From positions 1 to 53,725 of IMG/VR virus record IMGVR_UViG_3300027972_000015: a stretch of 53,725 nucleotides of DNA. One strand, 5' to 3'. A program made the translations under genes and the position numbers. Shown here piece after piece: positions 1 through 10,088 of this stretch (position 1 is its first letter; each line of letters begins with the position of its first letter). The stretch comes from a virus (taxonomy: Duplodnaviria; Caudoviricetes). Below the pieces are notes generated by a model. It searched no databases. It saw nothing but the letters and a program-made list of their open reading frames with translations, and was not told the DNA's origin.

Positions 1-645
1 GGACAGGCCAGTGCGGCTCAGTCAGCACGCGGGGCCGGACGTCTGGCGGCTATGCGAAACGCGCAGAACAACCAGGCGCAGATTCAGCAGCAGGCCAACA
101 GCCAGGCGTCCGGACTGCGAGCGCAGGAGATCGCGCAAGCGCAGGGCATGCTCGGAAACGTGCTGAGCGGAGCGCGCTCGCAAGATCTCGGAGCCGCCAC
201 CACTCAAGCCCAGCTTGCCCAGCAGGCCGGCCAGTTCAACGCCGGGAACCAGCAGGCGCTCAATCTGGCAAATGCGCAGTTCGGGCAGCAGGCAGGGATC
301 GCGAACATGCAAGCGCAGCAGCAGGCCTACAACGCCAACGCTGGCGCCGCCAATCAGTCTGCTCTCAACTTCGCTCAGCAGCAGAACGCAGGGAACCTTC
401 AACTAGGCTTGGCCAATCTGACCGCAGAACAGCAAGCAAACGCACTCGATCTGCAACGTCGTCAAGCCTACTACGACGTCACCAACCGGGCAATGCAGGG
501 ACAGACCGACGTGCTGAACACGCTCTACGGCGGGCAAGTCGGATACGAGGACTACATGCGCAAGAACAACAAGGGCGTCCTCGGGGATGCCGCTGGGTTC
601 ATCGGATCGATGGGCCTCGGCGGCGGCCTTGGCGGCCTGTTCTAG
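1..645 (+). CDS. Putative DNA ejection/pilot (internal virion) protein, 5' partial
   Basis: Frame is open from base 1 (GQASAAQSARG...). Gln/Ala/Asn-rich with Gly-rich C-terminus (GAAGFIGSMGLGGGLGGLF-like). Precedes two large helical ORFs, as in podoviral ejection gene blocks. Confidence 0.6.
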   Translation, partial: GQASAAQSARGAGRLAAMRNAQNNQAQIQQQANSQASGLRAQEIAQAQGMLGNVLSGARSQDLGAATTQAQLAQQAGQFNAGNQQALNLANAQFGQQAGIANMQAQQQAYNANAGAANQSALNFAQQQNAGNLQLGLANLTAEQQANALDLQRRQAYYDVTNRAMQGQTDVLNTLYGGQVGYEDYMRKNNKGVLGDAAGFIGSMGLGGGLGGLF

Positions 646-654
646 GAGAACACC

Positions 655-2145
655 ATGGGCGTCGACGATACACCCCAGCAAGGCGCTCTGAATCGGGCCA
701 CAGGCCTGCCGTTTTCCGACAGCACGACAACCTACAGCCCGCAGGTCAACACGAGCGCTGTACAGAACACGCCGGAGCGCCAAGGGTTCGTCGACGCAGA
801 GCAACTGGCGTACAAGGACCAGGCGGCGGCAACGAAGACCGCGGCCTTTAGGGAAGCCGAGGTTGCTCGCCAGCAGGCCGAGATCATGCGGGCGCAGGCA
901 GCGCAGGATGAGCAATATGCCGTCGAGCGTGAGCGCATTCGACAGGATCACGCTGGCCGTATCGCCGAGGCGCAGAATCTGCAGCGCCAGCGGGTAAACG
1001 AGGCGATGAAGGACCCCGGCGGGTACTGGGACAACAAAACGTCGTTTGACAAGACGATGACCCGCGTGTTGATCGGGCTTGGTTCGATGGGCGGCGGCGA
1101 CAACAAGATGCTCGCACTCGTGAACGACGAGATCGAGAAAGACCTGAAGAGCAAGCAGATTCGGTCAGAGCGGCTGTTCAAGCAGGCCGAGCTTGCGCGC
1201 GGCTACGCTTCCGACGCTTTGCGGGCTCGCGCCGAGGAGTTGTCAGACCTGGACACAAACCGGGCCGCCCTGTGGAACATCGTAGCCAAACGCACGGAGC
1301 TGGCGGCCAAGAGCGGCATGGCCGGAAAGATCACCGCCGAGATGCAGGCGAAGATCGCGGAGATTCAGCAGGCCGCGGCCGAAAAGGGCATCAAAGCTTC
1401 CGAGGCGGTGGCCACGAAGGTTGACGTGCAGGGCGCGCACGAGTCGACGACGCAAGCGATTGGCACAAAGGTTGGCTCCGGTGAAGTGCAGCGTGAGAAG
1501 GCCAACGAGATCGCGGTAACCAACATGCAGCTTCGTGGGCTCGATGAGCGCAACGATCTGATCCGCAGGAATCCGGAGGCATGGAAGGCGTACCAGGACG
1601 CTCTTCGAGAAGTGGATGAAACGCAGAAACTTAGTGAGTCGACGCTGGGGAAGGCGGTAAATCTGTTGCAGGGAACTGGCGTGACAGCAATGGCAGTAGA
1701 TCAGCGACTCGCGAAGATTGAAGATCCAGCGGTCAAGGCAGCAGCGAAACGCCTCAACCAACTCGACCCGATCGTTCACGCAGCGCAGGCGCGCATCCTT
1801 GACCCTGTTGGAGTGCTCAACGAAGGCAGCCTGCAAGCAGCGCGGAAGTCACTCAATCTGTACACCTCGGAACCGGACGAAGCGATCAAGATCGGGAAGC
1901 AGTTCCGGCAGCAGTTCGAGGAAAGATCGAGTCTGCTAAATGCCGGCAACAAGATGGCCATGGCGAACGCGTCGATCGAGGAAGAGAAGCGACAACGAGC
2001 CGGCAAGAAAGGCGAATCGGCGCCAGTATCGCCGCAGCTCAAACGCGACCTAATCGAGGCGCACAAGGCGCTGCTCGACCCCAAGGCCGACCCGGCGGTG
2101 AAGGCCGCTGCCAAACGATTCATCGCTGACCACGGGGGCAAGTGA
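655..2145 (+). CDS. Putative internal virion/ejection protein (496 aa, helical)
   Basis: AGGAG RBS; Ala/Glu/Gln/Lys-rich coiled-coil; position between pilot-like gene and tail fibre. Confidence 0.55.
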   Translation: MGVDDTPQQGALNRATGLPFSDSTTTYSPQVNTSAVQNTPERQGFVDAEQLAYKDQAAATKTAAFREAEVARQQAEIMRAQAAQDEQYAVERERIRQDHAGRIAEAQNLQRQRVNEAMKDPGGYWDNKTSFDKTMTRVLIGLGSMGGGDNKMLALVNDEIEKDLKSKQIRSERLFKQAELARGYASDALRARAEELSDLDTNRAALWNIVAKRTELAAKSGMAGKITAEMQAKIAEIQQAAAEKGIKASEAVATKVDVQGAHESTTQAIGTKVGSGEVQREKANEIAVTNMQLRGLDERNDLIRRNPEAWKAYQDALREVDETQKLSESTLGKAVNLLQGTGVTAMAVDQRLAKIEDPAVKAAAKRLNQLDPIVHAAQARILDPVGVLNEGSLQAARKSLNLYTSEPDEAIKIGKQFRQQFEERSSLLNAGNKMAMANASIEEEKRQRAGKKGESAPVSPQLKRDLIEAHKALLDPKADPAVKAAAKRFIADHGGK

Positions 2146-3911
2146 TGGCAAGTTTCGCCGACTACGTGAACCAAGAGAAAGCCAAGGCGACAGGCAATCC
2201 CGCTCCGGAGACGTCTGACGATGCGCTTGATCGAGAGCTTGAGAGGCTCCGCGCTCAGGTTGCCGAGGCCGAGAAGGCGCAGCAACCGCGTACGGTGCCG
2301 CCAAAGGACCAGGCTGCGCTTCAGCGGAAGATCGACGCCGGCATGTCGCCGCTGCCTGGTGGATTGGGAACGCTCGCGCAAGCGCTTGGAGAGTCATACT
2401 CCGAATTCGGCCGCAACTTGAATCAGCGGGCGCTGGCTGGTTTGTCAGAGCGAGCATGGAACGCTGTTGGCCTTGGAGGGTACAAGCCGGCCCAGCCCAT
2501 GCCGGAGCCAGGGAAAGTCTGGAGACACGAGGATTATTGGCCATCACAGGAGTCGCTATCAACCGGCCCAGTCATGGCGGTGGACGCCGCTGCGGTTGGT
2601 GGTCCCATGGCCAAGGCTGGGCAGACGCTCGCCCAAGCCCCGGCGACACTGGCGCGCATGTTTGGCGCCAAACAGGCGCAGACCGCGGTGCGGCCCGGGT
2701 TGCAGGCAGCCGCCGGAGCCGCTGCAACAGGCGGGCTCTACAACGCAACGGACACCGCGATCAGGGGCGGCACGCCTGGCGAAATCTTCGAGTCTGCGGC
2801 TGAGGGCGCATCGGTCAATACGCTTCTCGGGCAGGTTCCGGCGGTGGCCGGCATGACGAGGGACGCGGCCAACAAGCTGCTCGTCAACCGGGCGGCGCAG
2901 CCGCTGCTTCAGATTGGCCAGGGCAAGAACGCCAACAAGGCCTTGCTATCGCTCGGCAAGGGCGATGCCGTAGCCGGGCGTGAACGGCTCGGCGAAGTGC
3001 TCGAAGAGCAGGGCATGGTGAACCAGATGCAAACCCGCAAGGGGCGGCTCGGGGCGCAGGAGGCCGTCGAAAGCAGGCTGGAAAGCGTTTGGGAAAACGA
3101 GCTAGGCCCCATTCGTCGGGAAGCGCTCGCGTCCAAGCCGAACGCGTCCACGCCGTTCAAGCAGATTGAGGAGAGGCTGAACGCCCTCGTCGAGAAGGGC
3201 CAGATCAGCAGCGACCGGCACGACGATGTGCTCAAGGCAATCGCCGAGATGAAGGAAAAGGCCAAGCTGTTCAAGGGCAACGCCTACCCGGTAGAGAACC
3301 TCTACACGAAGGCACGCGAGTTCGAAAACGACGGCTTCGGCAAGAGCGAGCCGAAGTTCAAGGACGGGCAGACGGCGCGCGACATCGGGCAGGTGCTACG
3401 CAACTTGGCCGACGAGCGAATCGGCGTGATCTACGAAAAGGACCCAAAGCTGACGGCGAAGGTCCTGGGGCGAGAGGCGCCGGAGAACGTGACGCCACTG
3501 TCGCGAACGTCGCCGGATGACATGGAAGTGCTCGGCGACAAGTACGCCGATGCTCGCCGCCGATACCGCGAGCTGAAGGCGATCGAGCCGGCGGCGCAGC
3601 AGCTCACCATGCGTGAGGGGCAACAGCGCCCAGGGCTCATTTCGCGCCTGACCCACGGCGGGCAGCTCCTCGGGGCGGCGGCCGTCGGGAATCAGCTTGC
3701 CGGACTCCCCGGGACGGCGGCGGCGATCGGTGGCGTGGAGGCCGCGCGACTCGGCTATCCGTATACGCTCCGTGCGACGCGGTCAATCGCCGACCAGCTT
3801 GCCGGGCCGGCGTACAATCCGGGCATCCTGGGCTCGCTCGCAACAACCGAGCTGATGCCGCCTGGAACCATCGCAGATATGATTGGGCCGCGCGACGGGG
3901 GCAGCCGATGA
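2142..3911 (+). CDS. Putative internal virion/ejection protein (589 aa)
   Basis: GTGA overlap with upstream gene; Gly/Ala hydrophobic stretches (GAAATGGLY, GAAAVGNQLAGLPG) alternate with charged helices. Confidence 0.55.
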   Translation: MMASFADYVNQEKAKATGNPAPETSDDALDRELERLRAQVAEAEKAQQPRTVPPKDQAALQRKIDAGMSPLPGGLGTLAQALGESYSEFGRNLNQRALAGLSERAWNAVGLGGYKPAQPMPEPGKVWRHEDYWPSQESLSTGPVMAVDAAAVGGPMAKAGQTLAQAPATLARMFGAKQAQTAVRPGLQAAAGAAATGGLYNATDTAIRGGTPGEIFESAAEGASVNTLLGQVPAVAGMTRDAANKLLVNRAAQPLLQIGQGKNANKALLSLGKGDAVAGRERLGEVLEEQGMVNQMQTRKGRLGAQEAVESRLESVWENELGPIRREALASKPNASTPFKQIEERLNALVEKGQISSDRHDDVLKAIAEMKEKAKLFKGNAYPVENLYTKAREFENDGFGKSEPKFKDGQTARDIGQVLRNLADERIGVIYEKDPKLTAKVLGREAPENVTPLSRTSPDDMEVLGDKYADARRRYRELKAIEPAAQQLTMREGQQRPGLISRLTHGGQLLGAAAVGNQLAGLPGTAAAIGGVEAARLGYPYTLRATRSIADQLAGPAYNPGILGSLATTELMPPGTIADMIGPRDGGSR

Positions 3912-4687
3912 TGGATGCACTGTTGAGCGCTGAATGCCTGGTGGCCACCCTTGGCGTCCCCCACGTGCTGAAGCCGCGCCCAAAGGCACCCACGAAGGCG
4001 CAGACTAGCGCCGCGGATAAGATGCCAGAGACGATCCGAAAACGCGTGGTCGAGTTCGTGGACACCACCAGCCAGGGCAAGCAATCCGAGCCGCCGGAGC
4101 TTCCCGGCTACCGCGAGACCAACGATGCCTTGATCGACGGGCTGAACTTCGACGAGCTGACCGACGTGCTGTTGACCACGCCCATGGAGAGCCAGCCGGC
4201 ATGCTCGCTCACGCTGAGCCGGGCGGTCGAGTACCTGCGCAGCCTGTTCCCTCGTCGAGTTGAGCAGCGGCTGACCGGCCCTTACATGCACGACCCGTCG
4301 CCAGGGGAATGGGCCGAGTTCGGGTGGGCATGGCGAATCGCCGGAAGTCCGCTGACCGTGCTCGACTTGGCCAGCGACGGCATGCTGATCGGTGTCGAGG
4401 TTAAGCACCTTCGCGAGATGTTCCCGACCATCTACTCTGAGATCTGCGGCGACATCCTCGATGCGCTCGCTGACAAGGCGGCGGCGGACAAGGACTGGAT
4501 GGCGCCTTGGTGGCTGCAGAAACAGATCTGCACCATCCTCGGCATTTCCCCGGTCAGTCCCACGCTGGTCGCCGACATCGACGCGGCAGTCAAGCAGAGC
4601 CAGGCCGAAACCAAGACGAGGGCAAGCGCCCTGAAGCTGAGTCAGACGGGCGCTACCGGCCCGCAGAAGCTGGCGGACGGCGAGTGA
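3908..4687 (+). CDS. Hypothetical virion-associated protein (259 aa)
   Basis: ATGA overlap; codon usage like neighbours; LREMFPTIYSEI segment recalls C-termini of large phage internal proteins (inference). Confidence 0.55.
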   Translation: MMDALLSAECLVATLGVPHVLKPRPKAPTKAQTSAADKMPETIRKRVVEFVDTTSQGKQSEPPELPGYRETNDALIDGLNFDELTDVLLTTPMESQPACSLTLSRAVEYLRSLFPRRVEQRLTGPYMHDPSPGEWAEFGWAWRIAGSPLTVLDLASDGMLIGVEVKHLREMFPTIYSEICGDILDALADKAAADKDWMAPWWLQKQICTILGISPVSPTLVADIDAAVKQSQAETKTRASALKLSQTGATGPQKLADGE

Positions 4688-4804
4688 TACGATGAGAACG
4701 ACGCCAGAGAATTTCGATAGAGTCATGGACCACGAGACCGGCTGTCCCGATGACCGCTCCAGCGATGAACGCAAAGAAGATCTGCATACTCGGAGGATAC
4801 CACA

Positions 4805-5227
4805 ATGCTGAAGTTCAACCCGCCTCGTCAAATCACGACCCAGCCGGTCCTGCCGGACGGCAACGGCTACACGTGGATCTTTGACTCCACGAACCCGCGG
4901 CGCTTCGACAACGGCTACCAGTACGCCAAGACGGCGGCGCTCCCGACGGTGGGCCCAGATCGCGGCGGCGCGCTCAACTGGCGCATGCACCTGACAGCAT
5001 CCTGCGCCACCCAAAACGTGACACTGGTGCTGTATACGCTCGACGGCGCTGGCGTCTGGAAGCTCTACACGCCGCCCAGCGGGGCCATCACCATCACGGC
5101 GGGCGCGGTCCCTCAGGGGGTCGAGTGGAGCATCATCGCGTCCGACTGCCTGATCGGGTTCCTGGCTGGCGCCACCCCGCCGAGCGCGATCGCGACGACA
5201 CTCTACTTCGTGGAGCGCTGGGGCTGA
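4805..5227 (+). CDS. Hypothetical structural protein (140 aa, beta-rich)
   Basis: GGAGG RBS; directly upstream of tail fibre. Confidence 0.6.
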   Translation: MLKFNPPRQITTQPVLPDGNGYTWIFDSTNPRRFDNGYQYAKTAALPTVGPDRGGALNWRMHLTASCATQNVTLVLYTLDGAGVWKLYTPPSGAITITAGAVPQGVEWSIIASDCLIGFLAGATPPSAIATTLYFVERWG

Positions 5228-5230
5228 GCA

Positions 5231-7231
5231 GTGCAACCGATCGTCCCCAAGGTCTACCGCACGGGTGATCCGGACATCGACCGGAACCTTGATCAGATCT
5301 ACGAGGCGTTTCGGCGCCTCTCGGAGTTGGTCGGGCGGACTATCGACACGACCACGGAGGAGATCGAGGCAGAGATTCCGGCGCCCGATGACCACCTCGT
5401 CAAGGCGAGCAACGCGGACACCACGACAGTTGGTGGGCTCGTAGAAAAGACGGTTGCGTCCGGCGGGACGGTGCTAACCGAGGTGACTTCGGCGGGTACC
5501 AAGAAGCTGCAGATCTACTCGCAGCCGGCGCCGGCCGTCCCCGTCGTGTCGACCACTCTGCCGAAGCCGCTCGGGACGGCTGCTATCGGCTCAGAAGGAA
5601 AGTGGGCAGACGGGGCGCACGTTCATCCGCAGCCAGACCCGGAGATCGAGTCGTCCTACCTCTACCCAGCCAAGGTGCCCGACCCGCTCAACAAGGGCAA
5701 CGTCCGATGCGTGTTCGGCGTCGACGGTGGTGGCGGTGGCGGCGCCTACGGCGCGTTCATTATGGGATGGACACAGGACGGCGACACGTTCACCCGCGAT
5801 GACGTGACGCCACTGCTGTCGGCGACCCACTTCGATGGAGAAGAGCCGCAGGTCTACGACGATGACGGCTACTCCGTGCTCACCGGCGCGCTCGTGTGCC
5901 TACCCCCGTCTGCCGACCTGCTCGCGGCCGATAAGGTCGACTGGGGAGTCTACGAAATTCTGGACATTGGCCGCCACTTCGAGGGCGCCACGCCCGTCGA
6001 CACGCATGCCGTCTTCCGGCGCGTCGGCACGCTCAATGCCTCGGCTGACTTTGTCCAGGGCATGACCTACTACATCGAGGCGGGGACCAACTTCGGAGGC
6101 CAGTACGCGACACTCCAAAGCGCCAGCGTGGTTCTCGACACCACCGAGCAGAACTGGACCTTCTCGGCCTCGGCGCCGACGTGGAACGACGCCTACGAGC
6201 TGCTGTCGTCCGCCGAGATCACCACCAGGGGCGCAAGCTCGGCCACGCTCGACCTCGCCGCGGCTGCCACGAACGGCACCGCCACCATGGTCGCCGGCGA
6301 AGGGCTCGACCACTTCAATACGGTGGCTCCGCTCCCCGCCGCGCTCCCGGCCGGGAAGGTCGACTTCTACTTGAAGGACGTCATCCTCAGCGGCTCCAAG
6401 GGCGACGGGGTGGCCAACGTCATCACGTGCCGGATCTTCGACGACGATGGCGCGACCCCGGTGGAGATCCTGAGCGCCACCACACAGCACATCGACTGGT
6501 CCACGCTCTACAGCCAGTCGGCGCGAGATCTGACCTGCCAGGGGACGCTCAATGCGGACTACACCTGGACGCCGGGCCACACGCTGCGGCTCGAATACGA
6601 CTTCACCACCGACTCGACTACCGAGGTCAGCTGCTCGTTCACGTACAACTCGGTCGACCGCTACACCAAGGTCGGCGTCACCTGGGCGAACTCGGTCATC
6701 GGGGGCACGAGCTACCATCCAGATCTGACCGGGCGCGAACTCGCCGACCAGCACCCGCTATCCTCGGTCAACCACCAAATCGCCTACACTGATGCAGATT
6801 GGGACTCCGACACATGGGCTAACGTCCCCGGACTATCAGTCGATGTCGAGGCCGGGTTCTCGTACTTGGTGAAAGCGTTTCTGTTCATTCAGCTAGGCGG
6901 CGAAGGCTGCGACATAAATTTGGACGGGACGTGCACTGCCAGTTCGTGCCTGATCAGCCATCGCGTCGCCGACGCAATCAGCGCTGCCGTGTGGCCGTAT
7001 CCGGCGTTCGTCGGCCAAGACTCACGGCTACTGCGTTCTGCGCTTGGAAGCGCCGGGGCGGCGACGTACAACATTTATGGCGGATCCGGGCTCGCTGTTG
7101 GCGAAATCGATGCAATCGTGCACGTGTCGGCTTCTGGCGCGCTCACTGTTGCGGCCGATTGCGAGCCGACTGATTACCATGCCAGTTACATCCTCGAAAA
7201 TTCGTGGATGGAAGTGAAAAAGATCTCATGA
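5231..7231 (+). CDS. Tail fibre/receptor-binding protein (666 aa)
   Basis: N-terminal DPDIDRNLDQIYEAF anchor-like segment; fibre-type motifs PLGTAAIGSEGKWADGAHVHP and HPDLTGRELADQHP; Thr/Asp/Gly-rich beta sequence. Confidence 0.7.
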   Translation: MQPIVPKVYRTGDPDIDRNLDQIYEAFRRLSELVGRTIDTTTEEIEAEIPAPDDHLVKASNADTTTVGGLVEKTVASGGTVLTEVTSAGTKKLQIYSQPAPAVPVVSTTLPKPLGTAAIGSEGKWADGAHVHPQPDPEIESSYLYPAKVPDPLNKGNVRCVFGVDGGGGGGAYGAFIMGWTQDGDTFTRDDVTPLLSATHFDGEEPQVYDDDGYSVLTGALVCLPPSADLLAADKVDWGVYEILDIGRHFEGATPVDTHAVFRRVGTLNASADFVQGMTYYIEAGTNFGGQYATLQSASVVLDTTEQNWTFSASAPTWNDAYELLSSAEITTRGASSATLDLAAAATNGTATMVAGEGLDHFNTVAPLPAALPAGKVDFYLKDVILSGSKGDGVANVITCRIFDDDGATPVEILSATTQHIDWSTLYSQSARDLTCQGTLNADYTWTPGHTLRLEYDFTTDSTTEVSCSFTYNSVDRYTKVGVTWANSVIGGTSYHPDLTGRELADQHPLSSVNHQIAYTDADWDSDTWANVPGLSVDVEAGFSYLVKAFLFIQLGGEGCDINLDGTCTASSCLISHRVADAISAAVWPYPAFVGQDSRLLRSALGSAGAATYNIYGGSGLAVGEIDAIVHVSASGALTVAADCEPTDYHASYILENSWMEVKKIS

Positions 7232-7809
7232 TCCCGCGAATCATCCATCGGGTTTGGGTCCAGACAAGCTTGGTACCGGCGCCATATGAGCAGTGGTCGG
7301 CGTCGTTCCTGGAGTTGCACCCAGGTTGGATCGAGCGTCGCTCAGACGGGCTTGCGACGAATCCGCCAGCCTCGTGCTGTCACGTTCGGCAGCAGTCCAA
7401 TTGGGCGCGCCTTCACATTCTGTGGGAGCACGGCGGCTTATACGCTGACTGGGACACCGAGTTCCTGCGTGACATCGAGCCGCTGCTTTCCGGCGCGACG
7501 GCGGTGGCGTCGCCGTTCTATGCGAGAGGGGCACGGCTCCGCGCCTGCAACGCTTTCTTGGCAGCGGCCCCACATCATCCATGGATCGGCAGATGTCTTG
7601 ATCTGCTCAAGGAAGCGGATCCGGCAACTCACCTATCCATGGGATCCAAGCTCATCAGTGAGGCGCTGGACAGCCGAGACGACGTTAGGCTGCTCGGTCG
7701 CGAGGACGTCCTACAGCGCCCATTCTGGCGCCGCCTTGGGCGCAAACCGGATCCGAAATGGTACGCCGTCCACCATTTCGCCAACATGGACAGCGAGGTG
7801 CTCGGGTGA
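7228..7809 (+). CDS. Glycosyltransferase, GT32/OCH1-like (DxD)
   Basis: IPRIIHRVW start, SNWARLHILWEHGGLYADWD, NAFLAAAPHHP, YAVHHF; ATGA overlap with tail fibre stop. Confidence 0.85.
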   Translation: MIPRIIHRVWVQTSLVPAPYEQWSASFLELHPGWIERRSDGLATNPPASCCHVRQQSNWARLHILWEHGGLYADWDTEFLRDIEPLLSGATAVASPFYARGARLRACNAFLAAAPHHPWIGRCLDLLKEADPATHLSMGSKLISEALDSRDDVRLLGREDVLQRPFWRRLGRKPDPKWYAVHHFANMDSEVLG

Positions 7810-7814
7810 CTCGC

Positions 7815-8159
7815 CTACTCGCAGGCGACCAGACCGTCATCGCCGCGCACAACGACGCGCAGGCCAAGGCACGGGTCTTCGTTCTCGGCGGTGCCAGGCA
7901 GTGGACGGCAGAACAACACGGTCGGCGGCTCGTAGGCCAGGCGCTCGTAACCGTCGGCGCACGTTGCTGGAGGGGGCGGTGGCGGAGTTATCGGCGCAAG
8001 CTTCGTCCAGTCCGCGGCCTCAGCGCTTGGTTGTGCGCTGGACGGGCCGGCGACGATGGGCGCCGTCGAGCGGTCGTTCCAAGTGCGCTCGCCCTCGGCG
8101 CCTTCCATGTCGCACGCCGCGAGCGCGGTAACCAGCAGAGCGAGAATCGTCGTTTTCAT
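7815..8159 (-). CDS. Lipoprotein (114 aa), moron-like, opposite strand
   Basis: MKTTILALLVTALAA-C lipobox, Pro-rich linker, four further Cys in the C-terminal part. Confidence 0.7.
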   Translation of the reverse strand: MKTTILALLVTALAACDMEGAEGERTWNDRSTAPIVAGPSSAQPSAEAADWTKLAPITPPPPPPATCADGYERLAYEPPTVLFCRPLPGTAENEDPCLGLRVVVRGDDGLVACE

Positions 8160-8194
8160 CCACCAATGGTCCGACGAGGCAGTGACTTCGTCAA
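8160..8194 (-). promoter_or_regulatory. Sigma70-like promoter, probably leaderless, for the lipoprotein
   Basis: Minus strand TTGACG-17 nt-GACCAT-6 nt-ATG, with no strong SD. Confidence 0.5.
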
Positions 8195-8211
8195 GAAGCA
8201 CGTGGTAAGAT
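8182..8211 (+). promoter_or_regulatory. Divergent rightward promoter candidate
   Basis: GTGACT-18 nt-TAAGAT with extended -10 TG, upstream of 8230. Confidence 0.35.
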
Positions 8212-8229
8212 AGCGAAAGGACAGGCAGA

Positions 8230-8589
8230 ATGCCAACCGACATCATCATACCTGGTGAAACGATTACTCCGCGCACAAACGCGCAGACCGGCACCACGTA
8301 TACGGTGCAAGCATCAGACTCGTATCAAGCCGGAACCGCGCTCGTCACCCTGAGCAACGTGGCTGCGATCACCGTCACGGTGCCAAAGCAGGCGACGACG
8401 GCAATCCCGGTCGGTTCGGTCGTAAACTTTCAGTGCGTCAACACCGGCCTCCCGACGTTTGCCCCAGAAGACGGGGACGTCACGATCAATCCGGCCGCCA
8501 CGCTGAAGATCGCGGCGCAATGGGGAGCTGCATCCCTGGTGAAGACCGCGACCAATGTGTGGTCGCTCATCGGTCTTCTATCCGCGTAA
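8230..8589 (+). CDS. Small tail-fibre-associated structural protein (119 aa)
   Basis: TGTTYTVQASD...LVTLSNVAAITVTVP...TNVWSLIG pattern common in phage tail proteins. Confidence 0.65.
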   Translation: MPTDIIIPGETITPRTNAQTGTTYTVQASDSYQAGTALVTLSNVAAITVTVPKQATTAIPVGSVVNFQCVNTGLPTFAPEDGDVTINPAATLKIAAQWGAASLVKTATNVWSLIGLLSA

Positions 8590-8598
8590 GGGAGTCAC

Positions 8599-9678
8599 AT
8601 GATCCTTGGAATTCTCAATCAGCAAAAGGTCTGGTTTGACGACGACTGGGACTACCGAATCCAGATCACCGCCGACGCTACCAAGGTCGGAACCGGGGGC
8701 GTAACCGGGTTCGCGGCGTTCTTCGATTTGTCGGCGATTCCGTCTGGATCAGCGTTCTGGACGCACGTCGCGGCCGACGGCGCTGACATCCGAGTGACGA
8801 AAGCGGACGGGACGACCGAGGTTCCGCGCGAGGTGGTCGCGATTTCGACCGCCGGTCACACTGGAGAGCTGCACTTCCGTGGCGACCTGTCCGATACGAC
8901 GGACACGTCATACTGGCTCTACTACGGCAACGCGGCAGCGACCGAGCCGGCGGCAGCGGCGGCGAATGGGAAGTATGCCGTGTGGTCTGACAGCCTCGCC
9001 ACGTGGCACCTGACTGGATTGGCCGACTCGGCAGTCGGGCAAAACACGTTGACAGGGACCGTGACCCATGTCGCGGGGAAGATCGGCAACGCGCTTCATG
9101 TCGACGGAACCAACTACGCTACGGGCAGCGACATACTGGACCTGCACGACGCTACGTGCATGACCGTGGCTTTCTGGGCTCGGCGACACGTGCTCAATAT
9201 CAATGAGACATTCGTTGACAAATGGCAATACGTTGGCAACGGGACATTTGCGATCCAGGGCGGAGCCGTTTCGGGGAGCGGGCTGACCGTCTATGTAGCA
9301 ACGTCGGTCGGCGATGACGGGTCAGGGTGCCGAGTTGACTCCGGCGCAGGAGTTTTTGCGGAAGACGAGTGGAAGCGCATCGCGGTGGTCTACGACGGTT
9401 CACTGACTGGAGACGCGAACCGGCTGAAGGTGTACGCCGACGGCGCGCCGGTATCGATGACGACCGCCGCCGGAGCCGTTCCCGCTGCCCTCACGTCGGG
9501 CACAGCACCGATCGTGCTAGGCGCGTTCGTCGGGCTTCCGCGTGTTCTCAATGGCGAGGTAGACGAGGTTTCAATTTTCGACTGCGCGCAAACGCAGGCG
9601 TGGGTAGATACTGATTTCGAAAACCAGAACAGCGCGGCCACTTTCTGGAAGACAATCGGGGCCGAGGAAGCTCGATAA
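8599..9678 (+). CDS. DUF2341 + LamG/ConA-like lectin domain protein (359 aa)
   Basis: WDYRIQIT, DGADIRVT, YWLYYGN (DUF2341); GKIGNAL, WKRIAVVYDG, LNGEVDEVSIF (LamG). Confidence 0.8.
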   Translation: MILGILNQQKVWFDDDWDYRIQITADATKVGTGGVTGFAAFFDLSAIPSGSAFWTHVAADGADIRVTKADGTTEVPREVVAISTAGHTGELHFRGDLSDTTDTSYWLYYGNAAATEPAAAAANGKYAVWSDSLATWHLTGLADSAVGQNTLTGTVTHVAGKIGNALHVDGTNYATGSDILDLHDATCMTVAFWARRHVLNINETFVDKWQYVGNGTFAIQGGAVSGSGLTVYVATSVGDDGSGCRVDSGAGVFAEDEWKRIAVVYDGSLTGDANRLKVYADGAPVSMTTAAGAVPAALTSGTAPIVLGAFVGLPRVLNGEVDEVSIFDCAQTQAWVDTDFENQNSAATFWKTIGAEEAR

Positions 9679-9692
9679 CAAAGGACCACGAC

Positions 9693-10088
9693 ATGGCAAA
9701 ATCACTGGTGACAAACGTAGCGGTCAGCAATCTTACGAGGCTGACGTGCATCGATTACAGGTACGTATCCGACGGCGCTTCTCTTGTTGGGGCATGGGTT
9801 ACCGTCCAGGCAAGGCAGGTCGCCGGTGGGCGCACACAAGCACAACAGCTTGCGGACGGGTACGCCCCAACCGTGTTGTACATCCAGGACGGAGAATGCG
9901 ACACGTATCGCAGCAACACAGATCCGACGTTCAACCCGTACACCAACGCCTTCAAGCGGTCACGTGCAACAGTGGCGAACGGGCTGACGGCAATGCTTGC
10001 AGCTGAGGCCGTGGCTACTCGCCACAACAAACACGACGCTGTCGTGACGGCGCTCGCGTCGGCGGGGGTTCTCGACCCGGTTTCGTAA
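9693..10088 (+). CDS. Hypothetical protein (131 aa)
   Basis: AAGGA RBS; in operon. Confidence 0.6.
   Translation: MAKSLVTNVAVSNLTRLTCIDYRYVSDGASLVGAWVTVQARQVAGGRTQAQQLADGYAPTVLYIQDGECDTYRSNTDPTFNPYTNAFKRSRATVANGLTAMLAAEAVATRHNKHDAVVTALASAGVLDPVS

Noticed and set aside
4692-4811. 39-codon ORF between 4687 and 4805
   Set aside because: Short, no clear RBS or motif; cannot be supported
3755-5395. 546-aa minus-strand ORF, and similar long antisense ORFs (45918-48071, 48129-49415, 36327-37583, 41517-42635)
   Set aside because: Shadow frames of well-supported + strand genes in GC-rich DNA; Arg/Gly/Pro-rich with no motifs
5231-9678. Diversity-generating retroelement or invertible tail-fibre cassette
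   Set aside because: No reverse transcriptase or invertase, and no template/variable repeat pair seen
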